Both the position numbers and the translations under genes were made by a program. A stretch of DNA of 64,000 bases from NCBI RefSeq assembly GCF_000315625.1, contig NW_005434576.1, positions 1-64,000 of the forward strand. Direction: 5' to 3'. Of the stretch, positions 38,369 to 49,486 are shown in pieces. The notes under the pieces are model-generated. The model did not search any database. It was not told the origin of the DNA and saw only the letters and a list, made by a program, of their open reading frames with translations. The first letter of the stretch is position 1, and each line of letters starts with the position of its first letter. The DNA is from Guillardia theta CCMP2712 (Eukaryota; Protista; Cryptophyta).

Positions 38369-41300
38369 ATGGCAACGCTGGCCGAGGATTCTCAGAACTA
38401 CGACCTTAGCAAGGATCCGAATGATGGGGAAAGCCTCCTTGCTGCGGGAAAGCTCAACGCCAACCACACGTATAGCAACTCCACCACCTCCTGGAACGGA
38501 GCGACCGCAACGCCCGGGTTTCAGATGGGAATGGAGAGCTTCACACGAGGTGATGGGCTCCAAGTCTTGTGCTGCTCGTCCTCTCGACGTGCTTCTCCTG
38601 CAACTTCACCTGATCCGAAACCTCAGGATTGAAGGGCGTCGGCATTCGAGTTGAAAGCGATCACAATTCACGGCATGTCGTGAGAGAGATCTTTGCTAAC
38701 GGCAGCGCAGCTCGAGACAAGAAGCTTGAGGTCGGAGACAGCATCACTCATCTCGACGGCGAAGCCTGTTGCTCCTGACTTGCTTTGTGCTCGCTCCTCA
38801 CTGCTGGTCCCAGGCGCGGCATGGACGACCAACCAAGTTCGCGAGCGCCTCTTCGGCCTGGCGGGGTCCAAGATCAGGATCATGGCGCAGAAGCAGAGCG
38901 GAGCACCACTGGAGGTGACTCTGACGCGAGGCGACCCCGAGTGGTGGGCGTTTCAGGACTGGAAGGACAGGATGCATGCGGACATTGCGACCCGCGAGCA
39001 GGAGGTCGACTCCCTCCGCCTCCGTCTGAGGGATGCCGAGAGTCAGAGCTCTCGTGACCGCCAGGAGTTTGACAATCTCAACGCTCAGGTCGGGTTTGAC
39101 GGCGAGTCAAGTACGACTGACCTGCCGGGTAGATCATGCAGCTGAGCCGACAGCATCGCAAGCTGCAAGTTGACCTCGAGAACGAGATCGAGATCCGCAA
39201 GAGGAGCGAAAGCATGCTGACGTACATGTCCAACGAGAAGAAGCACTCCGAAGAGCAGATTGAAAACCTCTTGAACAAGGTGCTTGCAATGAAACTGATG
39301 GTAAACTTGTTCATCCGCCCCTGTAGGTCTCAGAAGTCACCCTCAGCTTCAAGAGCGCTCAGGGGCTCGCAAGGGAGATGACGGAGAAGGCGAGGCAGTC
39401 GGAGCAGGTCCCTCGACACGGCAGGACTCCGACCTCTCTGAGCTGACGCAGGCGCGAGCGAACGAGGAGAAGCTCCGCAAGGCAGCTGAGACGAGGGAGA
39501 CGAGGGCGCAGAGTCTGCTGCTAGAGGAGATCCGCAAGGCAAAAGACCTGGAGATCGAGAAGACCATCCTGCAGGTTCGCTCCACTGCCGGGAAAGTTTC
39601 CTCCTCTGAACTCACAGACCCCTGTAGAAACGTTCGGACGAGCTCAAGGAGATGGTGGAGAGGTTGGAGTCGGTTGACGTCTCAGGGATCCGACAGCAAG
39701 TGCATGTTGCAGAAAGAGAGTTAGAGCTGAGCAAGGTCCTCCTGAGATGACGATGATGCGAGCTCGGTCGTGAATGCTCTTACAGAAAGAGGTCGACCGA
39801 TATGCGGCGTTTGTCGACAAGATGCAGAAAGACAACTTGTCACTGCACTCTGCCCTAGGGGATGTACAGGTGTGGATGAAGCAGATGCGGGCGATGAGGA
39901 CTCGAAGCGCTAGCCTGACGCATGCGGCAGTTGGAGAACATGAAGTTGAAGGAGTCCCTGGAGGAGGGCAAGAACAAGATACAGCACCTGGAGACTGCTC
40001 TGGAATCTGCGGTCTCAGCAAAGATCGATGCTTTGAAGAAGTATACCTGATTTTCTCGCTTCCTCTCACATCCCTCTTCCCTCCTTTCTCCTCTCTCCTT
40101 TGGCCCTCCTCTTCTTGTTGCACTGACGATCGATGCAGCGAGTCAAATGCTTCGGCCTTGCTTTCACAGAAAGAGAACGACGTGAAAGCTGCGGAAGGGA
40201 AAATCATGATGCTGGAAAACAACATCAAGTCGCTGCAAGCGGAAGTAGAGCATTACGTGAGCAGGGTAAATGAGAAGACTGCAGACGAGAAGAGGCTTCA
40301 GATGGAGGTAACCTGACGCTCACTCCTCTCCTACCTGACATCTTCTTAGTCCCGCGCTCAAATCGACAAGTTGGTTGAAGACCAGAACAAGTCGGAGAGG
40401 ATGCTGGTCAAGAAGGACCAGGAAGTAGGACACACACGTTCCTCCTCCCTCTTCCCTACTCCTATGTTGTTGTCCCTCCTCCCTCCTCTTTTGTTTTGCT
40501 GCTTCCTCTCCCTCTCCCTCTCCCTCTCCCTCTCCCTCCTCTTCTTCCTCTCCTCTCCTCTGCCTCCTGTGTTCCTCTGCCTCTGCCTCTGCCTCTCCCC
40601 TCTCTTCTCAGAGATCCTCTTCCCTCCTCTTCTCTCCTCTGCCTCTGCCTCTGCCTCCTCCGCCTTCCTCCTCCTCTTTCGTCCTTCTCCTCCCTCTTCC
40701 CTCTCCTCCTCACGAGTTACTAGGTGCGAGGCCTTGAGACCAAAGTCGCGGCGCTCAACGTGCAGGTGGAGGATCTGAAGCAGGAGGTGCTGGAGCTGGA
40801 GGCCGCCAAGAGCAAGCTGCAGTCTCTTGTCGTCACCAAGACGCGCGAACATGCGACTCAAGTGTCAAACTTCCAGCTGGAAGAGAACATCCTCCGAGAG
40901 AAGTGCTTTGCTCTCGAGAGTGACTTGAACCGTTGGATCAAGCACGACAAGGCGCAGCAGGAGAACATGGCAGACTTGGAGCATCGGATCGACGACATGA
41001 ACAAGCAGATTAAAGATCTCAAAAATCAGATCCACCAGGACAACAAGCAGATCATCGCTCTGGAAGAGGTCAAGAAGACGGTAACCGAGAAGTTTCAGAT
41101 GGACAGGAATTTGACCTTGCCGGTAGCTTATGGCAGAGACTAGCGAGTACTCCAAGCAAGTAGCCAACTTGCAGTATGAGGTAGCACGATCTGAATGTCG
41201 CGAGCCGTGACTGTCGTCAGGTGTTGATCCTGAAGCAACAAGGGGAAGCCATGAAGCTCTCCGAGACGAAAATGGAGGAGAGAAGCAACAAGCTCATCAA

Positions 41301-42392
41301 GGAGGTCTCTCCTCCACGCTGCTCACTGCGGTCTCACACCTTTCAGGTTCACGAGCTCCAGGACGAGCTGCACACCAGGAGCATGGCATGCAGCGCTCTC
41401 CAAGACAAGTGCGTGCTCCTTTCCCGCGCGGCTCTTTGACCTCTTCCCCCTCAGGATCGACATGTTGCAAAAGGAACTCACGAGGATCCCCGAGCTCAGC
41501 GACAAGCACGCGGACGCGGTGGTTCAGGTCCGGTCCTTGGAGGAAGCGTTGAAGACCATGAAGCTCGAGAAGGAGCGGGTGAGAGTCTGGGCTCTAGAGC
41601 CTTCTAGCAGCTGAGTTGAGGTAGGCCTTGGAGATGCTGGACGCTCTGAGAAAGGAGCACGAGCTTGCTCAACGGCAGTTCGAGGGCTTCAAGAGCGAGT
41701 TGCACAAGCAGAAGGCGCTAACCCAGGAGTCCTCCAACAAGACCCAACGCCAACTGCGCGAAGAGATCGCAGCTTTGACGAGCGAGAGAGACGACCTAGC
41801 TGCCGAGCTCAACAGGTTCCCAGCTCTGTGACTACTACCCGGTGACCTTGTGGCGTCAGATTCTATGCTCTGCCCTCCCCCTGTGGCATCGGGATGGGCA
41901 TCTCCGAGGTCCTGGAGCATTCGACCCGCATCATCACGGTGACGCCTCTCCTCTCCTCTCCTCCTCCCCTCGTCTCGTCTCGTCTCGTCGCCTCTTCCTC
42001 TTCCCTCCCTCCTTCCCGACTCATCAGCTCGCAGGTCTCCGACCTCGCTCCGGGGCAGTCAGCGCAGCTTTCAGGAGCCATCAGGAAGGGCGACGAGCTT
42101 GTGGCGGTTGACGGTGTGCTTGCTGCTGGCCAGACGTTGGACGAGCTCAAGGGAAGGATAGCTGGGAGGAGAGGGTCCAAGGTCCATCCCTTCCTGCTCT
42201 TGTCAGCTCCTGACGACCCTACAGCTCACCCTGACCCTCAAGCGAACGTCAGCGGAGGATTCCTTCCGCAACGGCAGAGAGTTCAGCGTGACCATGAAGC
42301 GGGGCTGCTTCGGTCCTGAGCATTGCATCATGGAGGGGGAGGTGAGAGGTTCGGGCGGAGATTCAACTCAAGGCTGACAGATCACACAGTGA
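38369..42392 (+). CDS. PDZ - coiled coil - PDZ protein, many exons
   Basis: N-terminal PDZ (..VRERLFGLAGSKIRIM), a long coiled coil, and a C-terminal PDZ (DLAPGQSAQLSGAIRKGDELVAVDG...IAGRRGSK). Confidence 0.75.
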
Positions 42393-42501
42393 GGAAGACA
42401 AGGAACGGAGGAAGGAGGAGGAGGAGGAGGAGGAGGAGGAGGATGAGAAGGTCAAGGACGACAATGGATGGATAGATGGATGTTTTGTCTCAGGATTCTA
42501 A

Positions 42502-43878
42502 TCAACGATAGCCAACGCCTCCCATAAAAGTGCTCGGGTCTGGCACTTGACCGTTGAAATCTGCTCCCGAGAAGTCGAAGCCCGGATGCTCTTCCTGCAC
42601 GCACAATCATGAGGGAGAGAGGAGGCACGACAAGCAGAGAAGAGAGGAGACAAGACGGGAGAGCTGGGGGGGAGTGTAGGAGCAGTGGCTGGGAGTGGAG
42701 GCTACCTGGAATCTCTCTCTCATGATGTCTTTCCGCACCTGGAGCAAACATCACCTCCTCCTCGCTGCACTTTCTCTTCGTCACCTCAGTGGCAGTTACA
42801 GGATCTAGCGGCTGATGGCCTTGCAGTGCGCTTTCCCATGGCACCTAATTTGTGTCTCTCAGCAGGCAGCCAACCTTGTTACACATGCTCTTACAGCTTT
42901 CGCCATCTTCGTTAATGTGATGTGGATCTCCTTTCCTCCTCCAAGAACGTCCTCCAGCGTCCAGTAACTCTCTGTATGCTTACACTTCCCGCCGAGATCA
43001 TGCTGCGGCAAGCAACAGCGATCAGAGGAGCCTGGGAGCAGAAGAGGAGGAGGGTACGTTGAGGTACTTCTCAGTGTTGCCCTTGATGCCAACTGTGATG
43101 TGGCTCGACTTTATCTCTATGTCGAACATGTCGGCCGTGACGCCAGGAGGAGGAGTGATGTATATGTTGACCTCATCCAACGATTGCTCCCACTCATAGA
43201 CGAGCTGACCTGTCAGCCTAACTCACATTCAGCATGTCCAAGATTTATGGACACCATTGTGATAGTGTTGCTTCCGTCGCTTGTATTCCTTGTTCTCCTT
43301 CGTCTGCTGGATCAGCCCAGCCTTCATGGCCATCTCCGGATGTTCTCTGACCAACTCATCTTGTGCCGACTTGGGTAACGCGCTTGCCGGCATGGCTTGT
43401 GCACCCTGTTGTTGACCACCTGGGCTTCTCTCCTCCTGCAAGCAAACTTATCAACTTGGAAGAGATCTCTTCCTTTGCCTTCGGGCGCCCCATCTTAAAG
43501 TATCTCCATCAATTCCTCTGCTCCCCTTCTCTCCTGCTCTCCTGCCCTCCGGCTCTCCGGCTCTCCTGCTCTCCTGCTCTCCCGTGCTCCTGCTGTCCTG
43601 CTGTCCTACTGTCCCGATCTCCTGCTCTCCTGCGCTCCCGATCTCCCGTGCTCCTGCCCTCCTGCTCTCCCGATCTCCTGCTCTCCTTATCTCCTACTCT
43701 CCCGCTCTCCTGCTCTCCCGCGCTCTTGCTCTCCTGCTCTCCTGCATTCCTGCTGTCCTGCTGTCCTGCTGTCCTGCTCTCCTGCTCGCATGCTCGCCTG
43801 CCTCTTCCTCACCCCCTGGCCTCTCACCTCCTCATCGTCGCTGTCTTGGAACTTGTCCCACTTCGAGTAATCCACCAT
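42502..43878 (-). CDS. NUDCD2: NudC domain-containing protein 2-like CS-domain co-chaperone with N-terminal extension
   Basis: Spliced reading GQLVYEWEQSLDEVNIYI, ESYWTLED, WESALQGHQPLDP, MRERFQ/EEHPGFDFSGADFNG. N-terminus MVDYSKWDKFQDSDDE. Confidence 0.85.
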
Positions 43879-43984
43879 GGAACTTCTGGCTCATCCACCC
43901 CCACCCCCTTCTTTTACCACTAATTCTCCCTCCCCATGAACCATTCTACCCCTACCCCTCCATAGTCCCAAACAAGACCCCCAC

Positions 43985-44335
43985 ACGCCGGTGACCGTAT
44001 CGGCACTCAGTACTCATGAGTCACCCGCGGCGTCCGATCCGGCGGCCCGGCCGGGTCCGATGATGGCGGCGCCGGGGCGGCCCCGGCCCGGCGGCCCCCG
44101 CCGGGTTCGGGCGCCGGGTCACGGTTGCGGCCACTGACCGTACAGAGAGTCCGTGCAAGACTTGGCAAGTTGGGTCGGCACTCATCCGAGTGACCGGGAC
44201 GGTCCGGGCCCGGCCGGGCACCGCCGGGGCACCCGGGCAGGCTCCGACCGTACGGCGGCCGCCCGGCCGGCCCGGGGCCGGATGACTCGTCGGACGCCGG
44301 GGCCGGAACCCGCCGCTGCCAAAGTTTCAACTTTG
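43985..44335. promoter_or_regulatory. GC-rich island between divergent NUDCD2 and RWP-RK genes
   Basis: Same CCCGG, GAGTC and CCGTAC word set, ending in AAGTTTCAACTT. Confidence 0.5.
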
Positions 44336-44622
44336 GCCTGAGTGCGGCTGGGTACCGTTGGCACTGAGGCAGGTGGCCCGGTATAAGGTGACCGCACCGG
44401 CGTCACGATCTTTACTCACACAGATCGCTTGGGCTTGCCAAGTCAGTTGGTAGTATCTCAATAGTATCTCGCCAACGACCCCAAGCCTAAAGAAGTCTTC
44501 TCGGTGGGATTGTCCGACTTGCTCCAGTGAAAAGATGTGTTTTCGCAGGGAGATTCCTTTGTCCCGAATCCTGCACGTCTCTTTCTTGTGGGCCCCGCCT
44601 TCCCGTCCTTGAACGCCTTCCC

Positions 44623-45121
44623 ATGAGCACACCAGCCGTCATCTTCGTCTCTCCCCGTCCTCGCGAGCATCTCACTTCTGCTGACCCCCCACCTCAAGTT
44701 GCTCTGAGCTCTTCGACTCTTGAGCCGCTCTTTCACTTGCCGCAGGACGCAGCAGCAAAACGACTGGTAGGATCCACCGACCCTTTGTTCCCTTTCCCTG
44801 CTTACCTTGTTGCAGGGCGTCTCGCTGACCAGCCTGAAAGCTGCATGCCAAAAGATCGGCATCATGCGATGGCCCTACTCCCGATGGTCGCTGGAAGTGC
44901 GTTCGCCTTCAGCCTCCAAGTCACCCCCAAACTCAGAAGAAGTTTCCAATGAGGAGATGGAGAAGAAGGCTGTAGATGTAGAAGATCAAGAAGATGACTG
45001 GTTGATGCAGCAGATGCTGCATCAAGAGGAAGAGGAGGGCTGGTTGGATTGGTACCGAAGTTGCGATCTCCACGATGACAGTGTGTGGATGGGACAACAG
45101 AAAGAGTCTTTGAAAAATTGA
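44623..45121 (+). CDS. small RWP-RK domain transcription factor (2 exons; intron 44767-44815)
   Basis: LEPLFHLPQDAAAKRL/GVSLTSLKAACQKIGIMRWPYSR followed by an acidic tail. Confidence 0.9.
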
Positions 45122-46119
45122 TGTGGCCAACATATAGATTGTGAGGAACCATACTTGTTTTTGTCTTTAAGAAAATGTTTGTAATATTTTGTTTTGGAAT
45201 GTCTCTAATGAAGCTTGAGAAACTACAGAATTTTGCTCAATTCCAATGAGAATTTACTAGCTGGATCGAAAGAGTTTGTGAAGTTCAAAGAGTATTGAAT
45301 CTTGATCCAATGCAGCAGAAAGCTGAAATTTTTTCATCGATGAATTTATCTTGCTTACGATTATGAACTTCTGAACGTAGAGAATTTCTTCATAGAATGA
45401 TGCCACGGGGGCATACACTGGTTATAGTATGCAAAAATATTACTAGCAATATCTAAGTTCTGTGCAGAGGGAATCAAGTATCTGTCTTTCAGTTTGACAT
45501 AGTCTCGGCTCTTTCTAGAATGGATAAGGGAAATTTTAAGCATCGTTATGATTAATATGATCGTGTTTGGTCAGATGATGATGGTTGACAAGTTTATCTA
45601 AAACCCAGGGAAGCAGGTGTGGAACATAAGTAATCAATCTGAAAGCACACAGCAGACATTGAACATAACTTGAGCCGACTAAATAAGATATCAAACATTC
45701 GCATGTCAGTGAAGACTGAAGCTAAAATCAGGATCAAAATAGACATTCAGGATACAACCGAAGGCAATTTTATTATCATGCTCGAAAATTACAAAGATGG
45801 AATAATGGTGATCACAGTGACTCGACCAAAGGGAGATCCTGGAAGTAAAGGGAGAAAGCAGGGTCTAACAGGTTGCATGAACAAGTGTAAATCTGAAATC
45901 AATCTGAGAGCTACGATGACAGGAAAGCTTGAAAGTTCGTCATTATCTCATCCAGAAGAATATCCTGCACAGTGCTCCCCAGCTTGCCTAATCTCCTTCT
46001 TTAAATGCTAGGCTTATCTCGGCGATGGTGAAAGCTTTACTGGCAGGAAAGAACAACCTTCGCGCTTTCAGACAACTCTGCTAAGACACTTGTTTGATCA
46101 CCAGCAGTTGTGGTTCGTT

Positions 46120-46716
46120 CATCAGGGATGTATTGATCAGGGATGTACTGATCAGGGATGTATCATATTGATCAGGGATGTATTGATCAGTACTGGTCTT
46201 TAATTAACTTTGATCAGGGATGTATTGATCAGGGATGTATTGATCAAGGATGTATTGATCAGGGATGTATTGATCAGGGATGTATTGATCAAGGATGTAT
46301 TGATCAGGGATGTATTGATCAGGGATGTATTGATCAGTACTGGTCTTTAACTTTGATCAGGGATGTATTGATCAGGGATGTATTGATCAGGGATGTATTG
46401 ATCAGGGATGTATTGATCAGGGATGTATTTAACTTTGATCAGGGATGTATTGATCAGGGATGTATTGATCAGGGATGTATCATATTGATCAGGGACGTAT
46501 TGATCAGGGATGTATTGATCAAGGATGTATTGATCAGGGATGTATTGATCACTGAGGGATGTATTGATCAGGGATGTATTGATCAGGGACGTATTGATCA
46601 GGGATGTATTGATCAGGGACGTATTGATCAGGGATGTATTGATCAGGGATGTATTGATCAGGGATGTATTGATCAGGGATGTATTGATCAGGGATGTATT
46701 GATCAGGGATGTATCA
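46120..46716. repeat. 15-bp tandem repeat (GATCAGGGATGTATT)n, roughly 35 copies with short interruptions
   Basis: Seen directly. Variants CAAGG and GGACG. Recurrent inserts TATCATATT and CAGTACTGGTCTTTAA...CTTT. Confidence 0.97.
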
Positions 46717-47474
46717 GTCAGTACTAGTGATCACCTGTTACTGTCTCAGGCTCGGTGGCTCAGAGTGATGGGTCCTAGGACTTATTATTGCCTGTTGCAA
46801 AAAGCCTTTCCTGGCTAAGACCCCCCTAAGAATCTTTGATAGAACCAGGGTCCTACAAACGCAACTTTTGTTTTCAACATCCACCCCACCACCTCCCATT
46901 ATATGACCCACCCTCCCATGTTAACATCATGACTCTCAGCTTACCACCCACCCCTTCCTCCATGGTCCTTACACCTTCTCCAGTACCTCCGAATCTTATA
47001 TCACTGATGCCAGTACCCACCCCCTGGTAATTACATCACTGATGCAAGTACCCACCCCCTGGTAATTATATTACCATGTTTCCCATCAGGATGCATTCTG
47101 GCTGATCAGGAACCGACCCTCTGAGTGACACAATTGTACCCCCCCTATGAGCCTCATNNNNNNNNNNNNNNNNNNNNNNNNNNNNNNNNNNNNNNNNNNN
47201 NNNNNNNNNNNNNNNNNNNNNNNNNNNNNNNNNNNNNNNNNNNNNNNNNNNNNNNNNGTTGGGAGATTCGCCCTCGGGGCACGGGATAGGTACCATGGAG
47301 CCAGTACCCCTCCGTGTCAGATCGGACCCAGCCCGCTTCATGCCACCCCCCCCTCCTTCCAGTCCACCCAGTCCACCTGTGCCGAGCTTTCAAGGCCTGT
47401 TCCCCCTCCTCGTATTCCCCCTTCCCAGCCCCCCCCCCCCATCTCTTAATCCTCCCTCTTACTGCACAACCGCC

Positions 47475-49169
47475 ATGAAGCAGACCAAGAACGAAGTCCT
47501 GATCCAAGATGCTGCGTCCACCCTCGTACAGCTCGCCTCGAAGCCATCTCAAGATGAGTCCAGCCCCAGCGACCTGCTGGATATCGGACATCTCGAGAGA
47601 GAGACGGTCTCCCTGTTCGAGCAGCACGTTCTCGAGCCGTTCCTCCTTGAGTCGTGCAAGAATGTCAACGGTACCTCTCACATCGTCTTCGACGACGTTT
47701 TCAGCCACGTCAAGTGCATCAAGAAGTGTGGCTCGTTCCTGTGCAAAGCAGACAACTCCCAGCTCCTGGTCGGGGTGCCCTACGGCAGGACCGCAGTATC
47801 GCAGCTTGAGCAGGGATGTATGTACACCACCGTGTCCGGGGAATACCGCTTCTACGTACACAAGATCTCACATCAAGGTTCTCTAGGGATGCGGCCGACT
47901 CCCGTCGAAGATGGCGAGTGCTTGGATCCTCGGCGAATCACCCTGACCCTCAGCATAGACCACATGGATCAGAGTCTCAACGAGACGCGAGCAGTCGACA
48001 ACTCCAAGACGATGAGCCTCGTGCTCTTCCGATCCATGAAGCTGCAGAACGGAGATAGGAAGCAGCTCCTGCAAATCAATGGCCCCTTGACGGGAGAGGA
48101 AGTGGATGACTTTCTCAAGCACTTCATGTCTGAGGTCATGATCACTCCCATCGAGTGGAAGGAAGGTTCTTCCATCTACGGCGTCACAGACTCCGTGCTG
48201 CTTCACGAGCAGGGGTGGGGGCTTGACACAAGCGTGCTCACCGAGCTGACGGACGCGAAGGTGCTCCAGAACTTTGCCATCGTGCTCAACGTTGACATCG
48301 AGTGCTCTTTCTCGACGCTTGACGAGGCCTGCTCAGTGTTCAGCTGTCTCCCGGCGGCAGAGCAGGCGCGAGCAAGCAGGAGGTTCTTAGACTGGATCGT
48401 CTCGAGTACTCAAGGGGGACGTAAGCACTGGCGGCGAAAGATTCTGGAAGACTTTGACGAAGCTGTTTTACAGCATGAGCTTGACATCAAGAACTCCAAG
48501 TTTCGCAGCACCATCCTCAAAGGCCTCGGTAAGCGCCAGACGGTAACTCTACACAGGACGGGGATCTTGCAGATGCAGATGGTGAGGAGGCCGCGGGAGC
48601 TGCGGGTAGCAGTGGCGCGGAAGCTGGTCGAGCTCCATCGGGCTGCGATGAGCAACGGATGTGGTCAGCCCTTGTTCGTGCCGCTCGCTTTGAGGCACAA
48701 CCGATGCCTCAAGCGACGGATCTTGAGCAGCCCTGCGGCAGATCCAAGGGCGTCAGTCAAGGCCGAGAAACGACAGCAATGTCAAGCGGGCAGCGCTTTC
48801 AAGCTTCAGAACCTCGGACAAGCGTCGTCGGGGCTTCCGATATCAGCTCTGGTCTCTTCGGAGCCTTCAACTGAAGAGACTCGGAGCGCCAAACGCATGA
48901 AGTTCAGCTCTCAACCGCTCAACACCAGCATGCTGCATGCATGCCTCCTGCCGAAAGTATCGCAAGACCTGCAGGCAGCAGCAAGCTTGTGCAGCCCCAT
49001 CACAGTTCCTCTCATGCTGCCGGGTTGGATCGAGCTCGTGCCGCGGCAGATGCTTCCCGTCTATACTTGGCAGCCGAGTCCAGCAGAGCTGGCAGAGTTG
49101 CTGGCTCAGGCTCAGAACGATCTGTTGCGGGCCTCAACGATGGACGGTTCTAAGCCTCCTGGCAACTGA
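47475..49169 (+). CDS. intronless hypothetical protein (~564 aa)
   Basis: Long uninterrupted ORF with host-like codon usage. ATG in CCGCCATG context. No family recognised. Confidence 0.7.
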   Translation: MKQTKNEVLIQDAASTLVQLASKPSQDESSPSDLLDIGHLERETVSLFEQHVLEPFLLESCKNVNGTSHIVFDDVFSHVKCIKKCGSFLCKADNSQLLVGVPYGRTAVSQLEQGCMYTTVSGEYRFYVHKISHQGSLGMRPTPVEDGECLDPRRITLTLSIDHMDQSLNETRAVDNSKTMSLVLFRSMKLQNGDRKQLLQINGPLTGEEVDDFLKHFMSEVMITPIEWKEGSSIYGVTDSVLLHEQGWGLDTSVLTELTDAKVLQNFAIVLNVDIECSFSTLDEACSVFSCLPAAEQARASRRFLDWIVSSTQGGRKHWRRKILEDFDEAVLQHELDIKNSKFRSTILKGLGKRQTVTLHRTGILQMQMVRRPRELRVAVARKLVELHRAAMSNGCGQPLFVPLALRHNRCLKRRILSSPAADPRASVKAEKRQQCQAGSAFKLQNLGQASSGLPISALVSSEPSTEETRSAKRMKFSSQPLNTSMLHACLLPKVSQDLQAAASLCSPITVPLMLPGWIELVPRQMLPVYTWQPSPAELAELLAQAQNDLLRASTMDGSKPPGN

Positions 49170-49486
49170 TCATCGGAATAGACTAGGCGGAATAATTGTG
49201 ACTCGATTGCTCACTGAGTTAGAAAAGTGACCAATGATATCCGAATAATAAGTTGTGAGTTTGACGGTGAACGTCATTTCCTTGCCTCTATATTGATTCT
49301 TGCGCTTTTCAAGTGATGATAATGGTTCTCAGAAGCACTGGCACTCTCAGCCTACTAGTTTAAGTGCCGGGTGTTGCTACTCATCATGCTTTTATGTTTC
49401 ACGTAGTGATGCATTACCGGGCCCGGCCGGGCCCGGTGCGGTGGCGGTCACGGGTGATTTGGCTTGTCAAAATGGGAGAAACAAGA

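Noticed and set aside
46120-46716. CRISPR array or IDQGC/IRDVL repeat protein
   Set aside because: Units are directly adjacent with no unique spacers, and there are no cas genes. The open frames follow simply from a stop-free 15-mer.
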